Assembly: GCF_006345805.1 (NCBI RefSeq) | Contig: NC_043000.1 | Span: 150,660,001 to 150,724,000 of the forward strand | Direction of reading: 5' to 3' | Origin: Octopus sinensis | Taxonomy: Eukaryota | Length of the DNA stretch: 64,000 bases | Shown here: piece after piece, positions 25,176 to 39,235 of the stretch | Position numbering within the stretch: position 1 is the first letter of the stretch | Layout of the letters: the number at the start of each line of letters is the position of its first letter | Notes under the pieces: generated by a model | Databases searched by the model: none | What the model saw: only the letters and a program-made list of their open reading frames with translations | What the model was told of the DNA's origin: nothing | Position numbers and translations under genes: made by a program

Positions 25176-25368
25176 TGTATTACTCAGGTACATTATAATA
25201 ATGACTTGCAGTAATCACTGTTTCGTTTACTTTTTCATAAGTAGCATCTTGTTACTATTGATTGGTATCTTGGAAGAGAGACATAAACGAACCTTGATGA
25301 ATCAAACTTGGTCAGTTTGATTCTTATTTCAAGCTACCAAAAAGGCCTTTATAGGGTCAAATTAGATA

Positions 25369-25583
25369 TTCCTTTCTACTATAGGCCCAAGGGCTGAAAT
25401 TTTAGGGGATGGGGATAGTTGATTACTTTGACCCTAGTGTTCAGCCGGTACTTATTTTACTGACCCTGAAAGAATGAAAGGCAAAGTTGACCTTGGTAGA
25501 GTTTGAACTCAGAACGTAAGGACAGACGAAATGCTGCTAAGCATTTTGGCCAGCATGCTAATGATTCTGCCTGCTCACCTTCT
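25369..25583 (-). mobile_element. Family C SINE
   Basis: 17-bp TSD TAGGGTCAAATTAGATA (25352-25368 and 25584-25600). Confidence 0.85.
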
Positions 25584-25689
25584 TAGGGTCAAATTAGATA
25601 CTGATACTGAATACATATGGATATGACTTGCATTCATACAGCTGCATTCTTAAGTTTGTAGTTTATTAAGAGGATCTCTTTTATGCATT

Positions 25690-26835
25690 TTCTTAAACCA
25701 TCTGATCTGGGAGGACCCTGCTGCCATCAGGAAAATGTCCTTGCATGATATGTAAAAAAAAGATTGACAGGAATTTTATATGGTACACCCAGTGCTAACT
25801 GTGAATGCATAAGAGGTATAGTGGGAAAACAAGTAAGGTAACAGAATGTAAACTTCACATGCAGCTGATGTACAAGAACCTGAAGTCCTAAGAGAACTTG
25901 CAAAGTAGAGTCCATCCACTGCCCAAGTGGATCTCTAAAAGTAATTGATAGTTTCTGTTGTTGTGGAGATCTAATTTGTTGCAGGGGCAGGTGTTCTGAG
26001 AGCATAGAAGCCAGAGTAATAACCAGTTGGAGAAAGATCTGAGAGCTGTTATACCTGTTGGTAGCAAAGGGCTTCTCCATCAGAGTACTTCTGTGTCAAG
26101 TGTGATACTACGGAGGCGCAATGGCCCAGTGGTTAGGGCAGCGGATTCACGGTCATAGGATCGCGGTTTCGATTCCCAGACCGGGCGTTGTGAGTGTTTA
26201 TTGAGCGAAAACACCTAAAGCTCCATGAGGCTCTGGCAGGGATTGTGGTGATCCCTGCTGTACTCTTTCACCACAACTTTCTCTCACTCTTACTTCCTGT
26301 TTCTGTTGTACCTGTATTTCAAAGGGCCGGTCTTGTCACTCTCTGTGTCACGCTGAATATCCCCGAGAACTACGTTAAGGGTACACGTGTCTGTGGAGTG
26401 CTCAGCCACTTACACGTTAATTTCACGAGCAGGCTGTTCCGTTGATTCGGATCAACCGGAACCCTCATCGTCGTAACCGACGGAGTGCTTCCCCCTTACT
26501 ACATTGTAATGTGACCTGAGCCTTGATCTTAGAAGATTTGCAATGGCTAGAAAGAAATGAGACAGGCATGCTCCATAAGAGAAATCTGGTTCAGTGTGGA
26601 AGATAGAAGACTGCATGGGCATGTGATGTATATGAAGGGGTGTCATGGTCTTGAAGTAAATGGAATCTGTGGAAGATGGATACCAATGGTGACTTGAGAT
26701 AAAGAAGTGCAGACAGATCTGAAGCCATTACACCTCATGGAAGAGATGATAAAAAGGACTGTGTTAACTGATGGGATTGTGTGGGAATAAAGCTGCCTGC
26801 CCACTAGGATGTGGTAAAACAGGCATTAAAATTAT
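25690..26835 (+). mobile_element. Old RTE ORF2 3' fragment interrupted by a family B SINE
   Basis: GKCPCMICKK...TQC...HKR (Cys-rich finger) before the SINE; decayed GHVMY...W...DL and tail after it. Confidence 0.55.
26112..26490 (+). mobile_element. Family B tRNA-derived SINE (tail X)
   Basis: A box TGGCCCAGTGG, B box GGTTTCGATTCC; tail ...GGATCAACCGGAACCCTCATCGTCGTAACCGACGGAGTGC. Confidence 0.85.
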
Positions 26836-26850
26836 TATATTTATGTATAT

Positions 26851-27160
26851 CACCATCACCATCACGTGACCGACCAGTCCATCAGATGTAGTTACACATC
26901 GCTGGTCACAATGCGTTCGCATTGTTTTAGCCTTCAAATGACGCCACCCCGCTGGCTAAGCGAGCAGGCCAACAGAAGAAAGAGTGGGAGGAAGAGTGGT
27001 GAAAGAGTACAGCAGGGATCACCACCCCCTGCTGGAGCCTCGTGGAGCTTTTTAGGTGTTTTCGCTCAATAAACACTCACAACGCCCGGTCTGGGAATCG
27101 AAACCGCAATCCTACGACCGCGAGTCCGCTGCCCTAACCACTAGGCCATTGCGCCTCCAC
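26851..27160 (-). mobile_element. Family B head/body SINE with a different tail (tail Y)
   Basis: Same head and body as 26112, but ends ...CATCTGATGGACTGGTCGGTCACGTGATGGTGATGGTG. Confidence 0.8.
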
Positions 27161-29322
27161 ATATTTTTGTATATACAGACATTTATTGCTGAACATATGC
27201 ATACATATACATGCATGTCTGCTTACTGTCTAGTCTACATCATTGATCTCTTGATACCTGCTCACCTCTCTAATACCCACATCACTTACCCATCTATCTC
27301 TTGTCCTTCACATCGCACATCTTCATCGCTCATCTGTATATTACCCATCATACCACTGTTACCCATATCCTTTTCACCTATGCCTTTTTATCTCTTGCTT
27401 CTTGTGCCCATATCCTATCACTCATCTCTCAATCACTCCCCACTTTTATTAATCGTACTGTACTGTACTGTAGGTGTAACTAAGGATGGCAGTGGATCTC
27501 TCTTCTCTTCCCTGCACATTGCACTATCTCTTCCCTATGCCTTTGTTGATTGTCTTCTGTTTGCCATACATTACATCCATATCTATTCCTTGTCTCTCAC
27601 TCACTCCATCCTCTTCTCAGTTCTAACTGAGCTATACTTTCAATATGATTGGAGATAGTAGTAGATCGTTTTTGGTTTACCTTAGAGTACTTCCAGTTAA
27701 GGTAACTAAAGTTGTCACATCATCTATTCTGACTCTCTCCTCATTACTTCTTTGTGATACTCACTAGTACAGGGCACATGTACTTTCCATTATACTTGAA
27801 TGCTTGGCTTGTCATGCGTGAAATACTTTTAATCATAGGTCTGCTTGGTCATCATTGACTTGAGCTTAAACAATAACTATATATATCTGCTCCTTGCACT
27901 AATTCTTAAGCAAAAGAGCAAAAAGTATTTATCTTAACATTTTGAAGTTTTAAAGGAGTTGCAATGCTTAAAATGGCTTTCAGCACGTTGCACTAGCAAT
28001 TTAGTATCTATATACAAAAACTAAAGTATTCTTGACATTTATAAGTATTTCTATATTTTGATTTTGATTAAATATGAACATTTTCAGGAAAGATTTTACA
28101 TTTGTCCCAGTTTTGTGGCATACTATATTTTAATATTTAAAAATCCATCTGGTTGAGTTTAAACTGCAATAATTTGTGTTCTTTGAATTGTTTTTGAATT
28201 TATTGGGAAAACCTATTCAATTTATTTCCATTTTGACATGGTTATATTCAGTGAAAAAATTTAAGTGTTTTTGAATAAAAAAAAAATGTTTTTAAGTGTC
28301 AGGTAAGAAGAGTTATGCTTGATGTTTGCTTTCTTACCTCTCACACGTTGCACTCAACATAGTATGAAACTGTATTATTTAATCAACTCTAGCTTAATCT
28401 TTAAAAAAAAGTTCATTAGATTAATGTTTTAAATATATAGATCCATATTCAGATAATTTTACACCTGACCTCAAAACTTTTAGTTAGTTGAAGTCAACTT
28501 GTTGCCAAATACATGCATACATATAACTGGAAAACATTCAAATATAAACAAGTGTAATAATCAGAATAAAAAAAGTATATCGCATTAATTTTAATTAAAA
28601 TTGATTAAGCATTTTAGAAACTGAATTTATCATAAATTTTAATGTCATATTTCAGTTTTAGTTTTATTGGAAGATGTTATTTTTGCTTCTTTTAGAGATG
28701 ATATATGAGATTCATAGATACAAGTGAAAGCTACAATTTTACCGTTAATTAATTATAAATTTGTTACCAATTAAAAATTGTCAACATCTTGCATATAACA
28801 CTGCTTGGTTTTAATTCTCCCATAATAGTTTTATGCTATTTCAATGTTACAATATGTGTATATTTGATAAATTCTTTCTTCTTGTGGGAGATAAAAAAGT
28901 TCTAGATCTAACAAACAAGGTTTCTGAAATCTGTTATCGATTAATTCTTATTTATTTTTATACTTAAAGAGAAAATATTTAATTATCAAATGTTTTATTA
29001 CTACTGTAAAACTTAATCTCTCGATTCTGATAATTCTTTCTTGCCCTTCTTGCCAAGAATCCTCATTAACTTTAATTACTTTTTTTCCTCATTACAAGTG
29101 TAATTTCATTTGATTGAAAATTCTTTATGGCTTACTACATTCAGGTGTTAGTCTGCACTTCATAGAAAAAAATCTTGTATACTGGAAAATTTTTTGAAAA
29201 CTTGATTCTGTTGCTTTACCTGTTGGTTACTTTGTGATTAAAACTTCAGTAGTCTTGTATAGGGCTGTTAACCATTAGGTTACTATTATGAGGTTATTTT
29301 AATGTATATCATAATTTTATCA

Positions 29323-29622
29323 TACTCTTTTACTCTTTTACATGTTTCAGTCATTTGACTGCGGCCATGCTGGAGCACCGCCTTTAGTCGAGCAAATCGA
29401 CCCCGGGACTTATTCTTTGTAAGTCCAGTACTTATTCTATCGGTCTCTTTTGCCGAACCGCTAAGTGACAGGGACGTAAACACACCAGCATCGGTTGTCA
29501 AGCAATGCTAGAGGGACAAACAGAGACCCACAAACATATACACACACACTTATATATATATACATATATACGACAGGCTTCTTTCAGTTTCCGTCTACCA
29601 AATCCACTCACAAGGCATTGGT
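29323..29622 (-). mobile_element. 5'-truncated family A SINE
   Basis: Tail and body present, head missing. Confidence 0.8.
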
Positions 29623-30514
29623 CTTGTACATTCTCCTCTTCATTGCTGTGACTGTCTTTGCGATCATCCTCATCACCATCATCATTGTCACTGATATTGT
29701 TGACGCCGTCGTCATTGCCATCATCATCATGCCTATTGTTATTTTGTTTTTCCATGTTGGCATGGGTTGGATGTAAGACTTTGTTATACAATACACATCA
29801 TAGCCCCAGGTCATCCTACCCACTACCATTTCTTGGTCTCTTTTCATTCTTCTTGCATTCTCCATTTTCATCACAGACACCCAGATGCAGTGCAAGGGAT
29901 TTTTCCTACCATATACCTGACATTTCCTTTCATTTCTTTGTCCAACATTGCACACACGTACATCAAATCCTGCACTCCTAAATGTGCATATTACATTTGA
30001 AAGAATTTCTTGAAAAGCATATCGTAAATCTGAATGATATTTTACTCATTTTCTGACTTAGTATTGTTGTGAATATAGAAATAAAAAAATTGACTTGGTG
30101 CTTCATTATTAAGTAATTAACCGATGGTGGACAAAGATCCTGAAACATGCGTGTCTCTAGATGCAGGCCTGGCTGCTGGGGGTGTTTGTCTCCCCTTCGT
30201 AAATATATAAGGACAGTAAAAAATGTGTCAAAGCCATCAAGAAGTGTCGATGCTTCCTAGGGCTAAACAATGTCACGTTAGATTGACAGTATACAACCAT
30301 ACTATAGAAAAGTAATACTGAATTGATTCAATTTTTATTTTGTTTCTTTTGCTATAATTGCATAATTTGATATGGTTTATAAAATGGCCCCTCTTTAACT
30401 TTTGTCCTTTGTTCATTTTTTCTGATTAACTTCAACCTTTTACCTTGATTGCCAAAGACTGGCATTCCATGTTTCCTTTGACTGTATGTACTCTAGATCC
30501 TGTTATTGTACATA

Positions 30515-30685
30515 GGCGCAGGAGTGGCTGTGTGGTAAGTAGCTTGCTAACCAACCATATGGTTCTGGGTTCAGTCCCACTGCGTGGCATCTTGGGCAAG
30601 TGTCTTCTGCTATAGCCCCGGGCCGACCAATGCCTTGTGAGTGGATTTGGTAGATGGAAACTGAAAGAAGCCTGTTGTATATATG

Positions 30686-30716
<31 letters not shown>

Positions 30717-30937
30717 TTGTGTGTGTGTGTCTGTGTTTGTCCCTCTAGCATTGCTTGACAACCAATGCTGGTATGCTTACGTCCTTGTCACTTAGCGGTT
30801 CGGCAAAAGAGACCGATAGAATAAGTACTGGGCTTACAAAGAATAAGTACCGAGGTCGATTTGCTCGACTAAAGGCGGTGCTCCAGCATGGCCGCAGTCA
30901 AATGACTGAAACAAGTAAAAGAGAGTAAAAGAGAGTA
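30515..30937 (+). mobile_element. Family A SINE
   Basis: Full-length. Confidence 0.85.
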
Positions 30938-32107
30938 ATATGTTTCATTTAGTTCTTCTATAATAAAGGATTTTTCATTATCACCGGAGGCTTTTTTTTT
31001 TATACATTTTCCTATGAAATACGTTTATTTTACTTATTACCAGTATTTTGCAAATTTGACTGTGTTTTGTAATTAATTGATTCCACTGACAAAAGAACTG
31101 CAGCAGTCTTTTTTTTGCAGCAATCAAATAGTGGATATTAAGTGACTAAAAGTAATTCTGAATTCTTCCGGATTAAGCCATATGATGTTAACTTGTACAA
31201 ACTAACCAACTTTGACTTAATGTTAAACTAATATCTGGGCTGGATATTGATGGTTCTTCAGTACTCATCCATCATAGCTTTAACATGATATGATGATAAG
31301 CTATAGTAATGAAATACATAGATACGTCTTGCTTGAGGCATCATTTATCAATGGCTAAAATTGTTTTATTCTTCAATATGGAAAGGGCTGGTTGACAGCC
31401 TTATAACAATAGAGAGTTGTTGAAAGCTTTTTGTTTTTGTTTAAGGGGAATTTTCTGACTTAGTCATGGTATGCACTTTAACATTGCTGATGTATCACAA
31501 TTCTATTCCTGTAATGTCAATTTGATGTTTGATTTCAGTTCTATAGAGATCATTATGAATAAAAATGAGAGAGAAAGGAGGGAGGGAGAGAAAGGAGAGA
31601 GGGAGAGAGAGAGAGATGCTGAACTTCTCTAATGGCAATCCATTTAGTTCCGAGTCAAGCTTTTCTGCATTCATAAGAATAATTGACAATATTTTTATCT
31701 TACCTTCATTGATTTTTCAGTTAATCTCCTTTTTATGCATCATTTGCTTTAAGTTAGAGATAGTGTGTGCGCATGTTTATGTGTGTGTGTGTGTGTGGTC
31801 ACTTCACAACCATGTGGTCACTTCAGAACCCAGTTAATTATGTAGTTGGCTTAGAGTGAAGAAAGTTGGACTTAGGGTAATGAAACTGAATGAGTGAAAT
31901 TAAGTGAAGAAAGTAACAAGAGCTAATAGTGGAGAGTTGTCAAGGTGGAGATGGTGTAAGCTTCTTGGGTTAGGGTTTCAAAGGTTAGACATCACAGATG
32001 AATGGATAGATATAGATGGTAGAAAACCGAGTGGGTACTTCATCATGGTAAAACTGGATATTAACTCTTTTGTTCCCACATTTCTGTTGAAATACACTCC
32101 ATTTGTT

Positions 32108-32390
32108 TCATCATCATCATCGTTTAACGTCCGTTTTCCGCGCTAGCACGGGTTGGATGGTTCGACCGGGGTCTGGGAAGCCAGGGGCTGCACCAGGCTC
32201 CAGTCTGATCTGGCAGTGTTTCTACGGCTGGATGCCCTTCCTAACGCCAACCACTCCATGAGTGTAGTGGGTGCTTTTTACGTGCCACCTGCACAGGTGC
32301 CAGGTGGGGTCTGGCATCGGCCACGATCGGTTGGTGCTTTTAACGTGCCACTGGCACGGAAGCCAGCCAAGGCGGCGCTGAAAATAATGA
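32108..32390 (-). mobile_element. Family D RTE 3' end
   Basis: (CAT)n-led family D sequence. Confidence 0.75.
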
Positions 32391-32899
32391 AGAATTCAGG
32401 AAAATAGCATTGTCATTATTAAGCTGGTGTTTGGCACAAATTTACATGAAATTTTGATGGAATTTTGATTTAATTTAGATCGCTTCAGAGCAGGAAGTTT
32501 GCATCATAGAATCTGTAGTGGTCTCAGGTAGACTGGTATCACAAGGGCTAAACTGCTGCTGCTTATAGAGGTTATTATTTGAATTGATTCTACGAAAATC
32601 CAGTAAAATTTCTATAACTGGAATTGAAATATTTATTTACCATTAGCTTTGTTTTCATTTTCATCCAGAATTTAATGGAAAGGGATTGGCTTTTGAATAT
32701 CTACATGATTAAATATTGAGTTGAAATTCTTTAAAATATAATGTGAAAGGAAATTAGAAATTCAGGAATATTTCAATAATTTTAAATGACTTTATTTATA
32801 TATATTTATTAAGTTGTTTTTTTTTAATATTAGTATATTCATATATGTAGAAAGTAATTTATATTTTTTATATTTTGAAAAATTCTTTTATTCTTGTAG

Positions 32900-32963
32900 T
32901 TCTGTAAGAATTGCTACAATACCTGGATTTGGAACCATCCTAGAAAATGTTACTCTACGAGAG
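32900..32963 (+). CDS. RELCH: RELCH internal coding exon, 64 bp
   Basis: ttcttgtAG acceptor; GTTTGT donor at 32964. The first T completes GTT (Val), then SVRIATIPGFGTILENVTLRE, matching human SVRIATIPAFGTIMETVIQRE. Confidence 0.93.
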
Positions 32964-33134
32964 GTTTGTATATCTGTTTATACTCTAAATTTCCCCCATA
33001 TTTTCTGTCTGTTTTCTTTATTTCAGTATAAGAATAGATGTTGAAATGTTTTCCCAAATTCATGTTTACATGAATGGTCGGAACTCTTCTTGATTTAAAC
33101 TTATCTTTTGTTGAGATATCTTACTTTATCAAGG

Positions 33135-33523
33135 TGGATGCGCAATGGCCCAGTGGTTAGGGCAGCGGACTCGTGGTCATAGGATCACGGTTTCGATTCC
33201 CAGACTGGGCGTTGTGAGTGTTTATTGAGCGAAAACACTTAAAAGCTCCACGAGGCTCCGGCAGGGAGTGGTGGTGATCCCTGCTGTACTCTTTCACCAC
33301 AACTTTCTCTCACTCTTATTTCCTGTTTCTATTGTACCTGTATTTCAAGGGGCCGGCCTTGTCACTCTCTGTGTCACGCTGAATATCCCCGAGAACTACG
33401 TTAAGGGTGCACGTGTCTGTGGAGTGCTCAGCCACTTACACGTTAATTTCATGAGCAGGCTGTTCCGTTGATTCGGATCAACCAGAACCCTCGTCGTTGT
33501 AACCGACGAAGTGCTTCCATCCC
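33135..33523 (+). mobile_element. Family B SINE (tail X)
   Basis: 12-bp TSD ACTTTATCAAGG (33123-33134 and 33524-33535); about 170 bp downstream of the exon donor. Confidence 0.88.
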
Positions 33524-34221
33524 ACTTTATCAAGGCAAGTAATGAGCTCCATGTCTTGCTGTTCCAATTGATTATTTTCTCTCTGATATTTTTCTTTTTC
33601 TTTTGTGGAGCTGCTATGCAGATACATTTGCAGGAACCTGCTCTGCTCCTTTCTCTCATAGTAATTCCCTCACCTCCTAGCCAACCCTAGGGCTCATAGT
33701 CCTGCAAACTGCATGGCAACCTCAGTAGTGCCGGCGGCATGAAAAAAAAGCATCCATCTACACTGTAAAGTGGTCGGCATTAAGAAGGACGTTTAACTAT
33801 AAAAACCATACCAAAGCAGACATTAGAGTTTGATGCAGTCCTTGGACACATCAGTTCCTTTCAAACCATGAAACACACACCAGCATGGCATGTGGACGTT
33901 AAATGATAACAATGATATATATGTATGCTTTTTATGATTTTCCTTAGGCACAGCGATACTAATGACCAATTGTTAGAACTCAATATACTTGACATTTAGA
34001 ATAAAGCATTAGAGGAGGAGAGAGTATAGCATAAGTTCTTGAATGGCAAGGGAACTGGAATCATGTAATCAACTTCATTGGTTCATTTCATTAATTTCTG
34101 TTATAAGAAGCAGTGTTCTCAGAGCTGAGTGTCTGTGCAATATCTTATAGCTGAAACAGCTGTAGGTTAATGAAGGTGATTATGGAATTCCTGTTTTGTG
34201 TCATTCAATAAAATGTGTGTG

Positions 34222-34650
34222 TCATCATCATCATCGTTTAACGTCCGCTTTCCATGCTAGCATGGGTTGGATGATTTGACTGAGGACTGGCAAACCAGAT
34301 GGCTGCACCAGGTTCCAATCTGATCTAGCAGAGTTTCTACAGCTGGATGCCCTTTCTAATGCCAACCACTCCGAGAGTGTAGTGGGTGCTTTTACGTGCC
34401 ACCGGCCCGAGGGTCAGTCAGGCAGTATTGGCAACGGCCACACTCAAGTGGTGTTTTTTTTACATGCCACCTACACAGGAGCTAGTCCAGCGGAACTGGC
34501 AATGACCTCACTCGAATGTTTTTTCATGTGCCAGTAAGGCAACGCTGGTAATGATCGTGCTTGGATGGTGCTTTTAACGTGCCACTGTCACAGAAGCAAG
34601 AGGGCTGCTCTGGCAACGATCATGCTCAGATGGTGCTCTTAGCACTGCAT
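34222..34650 (-). mobile_element. Family D RTE 3' end with repeated GTGCTTTTNACGTGCCAC modules
   Basis: Several repeat-plus-variable-spacer modules. Confidence 0.75.
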
Positions 34651-35298
34651 GTGTCTACAAATATCTGCCTGAAATTATAGAAATTGCCCCACGTCTTTTA
34701 AGTACTATTTTCAATTGTCCTCAAACAATTTCATCTACAAAAAAATATTTTTCCCTTTTTCTGCATTTAGAAACCATATCAAAACTAAGATGATTCAATT
34801 CCACATAGTAGTTCTTGCCACAGCCGGCTAATCCTAAACTCTGATCACCCTTCCCTGCCACCACGATTTTAATGTCTACTTTTCCATATTCACATGGGCT
34901 GGATGAAAGTACATTGGGGTAGAGTTTTCTATGGTCAGAAGCACTTTGTGTTTCCAGCCTCCACTTGCTTCCAAATAAGGTAATTTATAAACAATAATAA
35001 ACAACATGGACATGCTTATGTGGAGAAATGGAAACAGCCATACAGGGCTTCTATATAAAGCATGCCTGCACACACAGACATACAAACACTAAAATACATG
35101 TACTTATAGGCAGACGTGGCTGTGTGGTAGAGAATTTTGCATTCCAACCACATGGCTTCAGGTTCAGTCCCACAACATGCCACCTTAGAAAAGTTTCATA
35201 CATACACAGGCACAGACACACACACACACATATGTATATATATGTATATATGTACATATGTATAAACGTATTTATGTATATACATATATATGTGTGTA

Positions 35299-35332
<34 letters not shown>

Positions 35333-35355
35333 CACACACACATATATATATATAT

Positions 35356-35386
<31 letters not shown>

Positions 35387-35387
<1 letters not shown>

Positions 35388-35945
35388 CATCATCATCATC
35401 ATCATCATTTAGCGTCCGTTTTCCATGCTAGCATGGGTTGGACGGTTCTACTGGGGTCTGTGAAGCCAGAAGGCTTCATCAGGCCCAGTCAAATCTGGCA
35501 GTGTTTCTACGGCTGGATGCCCTTCCTAACGCCAACCACTCCGTGAGTGTAGTGGGTGCTTTTTACGTGCCACCCGCACTGGTGCCAGACAGAGCTGGCA
35601 AACGGCCACGAACGGATGGTGCTTTTTATGTGCCACCGGCACGAGGGCCAGGCGAGGCTGGCAACGGACACGAAACGGGGCGGTGCTGGCAACGGTTGCG
35701 AAACGGAAAGTTCTCTTACATGCCACCGGCACTGGTAACACATCTGCAATTTCCATTGATCGATTTCCATTGATCGATTTCGATTCTGATCCTCACTTGC
35801 CTCAATGGGTCTTCACAAGCAGAGTTTCGACATGCCACCGGCACTGGTAGCACATCTGCAATTTCCATTGATCGATTTCGATTCTGATCCTCACTTGCCT
35901 CAACACGTCTTCACAAGTAGAGTTTTGTGTCCCAAGAAGGGAAGG
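35387..35945 (-). mobile_element. Family D RTE 3' end with internal ~110-bp duplication
   Basis: CATGCCACCGGCACTGGT...CTTCACAAG occurs twice (~35720-35820 and ~35830-35920). Confidence 0.75.
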
Positions 35946-36317
35946 TATATATATATATATATATTATATATATATATAGCTAAAATTTACAGTAAACAAA
36001 AAGCGAAGGCAAATGAAGAAGCAACAAGGAGGTGTATTAGTTTAACACTTGGGAAGAATGGAAAAGTCTTTTACGTTTCAAGCTTACACTCTTCGATAGA
36101 AAGGATTGAAAGGAAAAAAAAAAACGGGGAGAGAATGAAAAAAAATCTGGAGAGAGAAAAAATGTATAGGGGCTAATGGTTCAACATGATGAATTTGCAG
36201 GAAATATATATATATATATATATATACATATACACATACATACATACCGGAGTAAGCACATAAATGTGAAACAAAGTGGAAAAAAGAGTACTCAAATACC
36301 AGAGGTAGAGTAATATG

Positions 36318-36834
36318 CTTTATTTAAAAGCAGCAGAAATATAACAAAAGCTGTTACTCAGAGTTTTGCGTTCCCATTCGTTGGACAGTTTTGTTAAAAT
36401 AGGTCAGAAATAACAGTATCATCAAAACTAGTTAAAGAATACACCTTTAAAAATGGATTTGTTTCATTGGTCCTTTCAAATAATGGTCTTAAGCATGCGA
36501 TAAACAAAATAAACGAAATAAATGAATTCAATATAAATTCATCCTATTGCAAAAAATTCAGGAAAAACCTTAAATCGAAGAGTGGATTCAAAATACATAT
36601 TGTGAATAATTATATATGAAATATAATTCGATTAATACAATTAATACATTAAAAATTAAAATATTTTACAACAGTATTTACACATACTAAATGATCAATA
36701 TACATATATACATCAAAATACACATGGATATATACAGACCACATACATATGCAGACATATATAAGTAAGATGTAATTATACACACAAACTCTGAGTAACA
36801 GCTTTTGTTATATTTCTGCTGCTTTTAAATAAAG
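36318..36834. repeat. 49-bp perfect inverted repeat with ~420-bp spacer (possible inverted Penelope pLTR)
   Basis: 36318-36366 is the exact reverse complement of 36786-36834. Confidence 0.8.
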
Positions 36835-36836
36835 TG

Positions 36837-36876
<40 letters not shown>

Positions 36877-37164
36877 TATATATATACATACACACACACA
36901 TGCACATACATACATATATGTATATATATATATACACACATATGTACATAAATATATATATATATATATATTTGAGTAGTTGAATGAATTATCTTATTAA
37001 GGATAATTCGAAAGATAACTGATACCTGGGTAGCAAATTCACATCAGAAAGAACACGGTTGAAGCTACGTCCCTAGGGCATAGACTACGTGTCTTCGTGC
37101 GGAAATTTGTATGTTTATTTTAAAATTATAAGTATGTTGACTAGTCGTTCAACTCCATTCTTTC

Positions 37165-37204
<40 letters not shown>

Positions 37205-37361
37205 CCACACACACACACACACACAAATGTGCACAAATATATATATATATATAGTCAGCAGTTCAGTTGAGATCCAGAGATTCTTGGTTTAGAAAACACT
37301 GAGTAACACTCAAATAATTCAAACTTAGACTCTGATGTCTTTAGACACACACACACACACA

Positions 37362-37399
<38 letters not shown>

Positions 37400-37716
37400 C
37401 AATTTCATTTGTGCACTTCCTTTTTGCAGTCCTATATATCTTTTTTGTTTCTATAAAGAGAAACAAAAATTATTTCTTGTCACATATACATATATATATA
37501 TATAATTTATACTATATAAGATTATATAGATATCTCTAAGATTTGTTTATCTATATAAAATCTATATTTGTGTGTGTATGTGTATAGACAGATAGGTGAT
37601 TGTGAAATTTATATAAGATTATATCTAGATATCTGTGTATAAAATTTATGTGTATGTGTGTGTATATGTGCACACACACACACACACACATATATGTAAA
37701 ATTTAGATGTATAAAA

Positions 37717-37760
<44 letters not shown>

Positions 37761-38834
37761 GAGAGAGATGTATATATATATATATATATAGATGTATAAA
37801 ATTTTGATATGTGTGTTTGTATGTATATATATATATTTGAATTTGAATGTATGTATATATGTATATATATTTGAATTTTATATGCACACACTATATATAT
37901 ATATTTGAATTTTTATATGCACACACTCACACACATATATTTAGTAGATTAATGGTAATAGAAAACAGAGATTAGCACAGATTGAAGCCTTAGCTTCGAG
38001 TAAACAAGACACACACAAACACCCAGCACATCATTTCACCACAATGGTTAATTAGAAACAAATTTTAAAGAACACTTGAGAAAACATATATGTTTTATCT
38101 GAATGCTTCTAAAGAAATGAAGGGTATAGTGTTTCTTGGCAGCAGAGGAAAGTTACAGGTATGGAGCTAAGATTACAGTTGTGTTATCTGAATTAAATAA
38201 GTGACGAAAGAAAGATTATCTGCCAGTGGGTGAGATCTATTAGATTAGTAACCAATGTGTGTACGACTGCAGTTGTGAAGAAGAAGAGGAATTTTTGAAT
38301 GTCTTAGTTCTGATTTTCTTGTATTGATTTCATGCAGTGATAAAAAGTTTTGATAAGTGTCTCTGTTTGCTTTACAGCAAACCTACATTTATTTGTTATG
38401 TTTGTAGCTTTCAGAACAATGGAGAATATAAATGGATATACCAAAGAGAATTCTATTTTCTTTTCTCTCTCTTTCTTTTTTTTTTTTATTTTCTCTTTTT
38501 TTTTTTTTTATTATTTCCTTATTTGAATGGGTTGAGGCACAACAAACATTTATTGCTAGGGCTAAATTGCATGGAACTGGCAAAGTCTTATCTCTAGAGA
38601 GATATAAAGAATGAAATAGTTTGAAGACAGATGTAGCTTTAGTTCTCTTGGTTATGAACTGTATACTAACTAGTAATGATGCAGTTGTTGGAGAAGATGT
38701 TAAATGCAGACGTAGATGTGATGCAGACCTTTTCCTATTCGTGTTGGTATTTTCTTTTCTTTTAGATACAAGTTAGATTTAACTATCCAGCCCCCAAATC
38801 AACCTTGTTCAAATACATCTATTTTTAGGGTTAT

Positions 38835-39235
38835 ATCATCATCATCATCATCGTTTAATGTCTGCTTTCCATGCTAGCATGGGTTGGACGATTTGACTGA
38901 GGCCTGGCGAACCAGATGGCTGCACCAGGCTCCAGTCTTGATCTGGCAGAGTTTCTACAGCTGGATGCCCTTCCTAACACCAACCACTCCGAGTGTGTAG
39001 TGGGGGCTTTTTATGTGCCACCTGCACGGGGGCCAGTCAGGCGGTACTGGCAATGACCTCGCTCGAATCTTTTTACACATGCCACCGGCATAGGTGCCAG
39101 TGAAGTGACGTTGGTAACGATCACGCTCGAATGGTGCCCTTTTATGTGCCACGGGTATGGAAGCCAGTTGGCTGCTCTGGCAACGATCATGCTCGGATGG
39201 TGCTCTTGGCACCTTACTAGCACAGGCATAAGGTT
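38835..39235 (-). mobile_element. Family D RTE 3' end
   Basis: (CAT)n-led sequence with multiple modules. Confidence 0.75.

Noticed and set aside
26112-26185. tRNA-like sequences (also 33135, 61038, 24900)
   Set aside because: They lack a closed acceptor stem and run into SINE bodies with TSDs; they are SINE heads, not tRNA genes.
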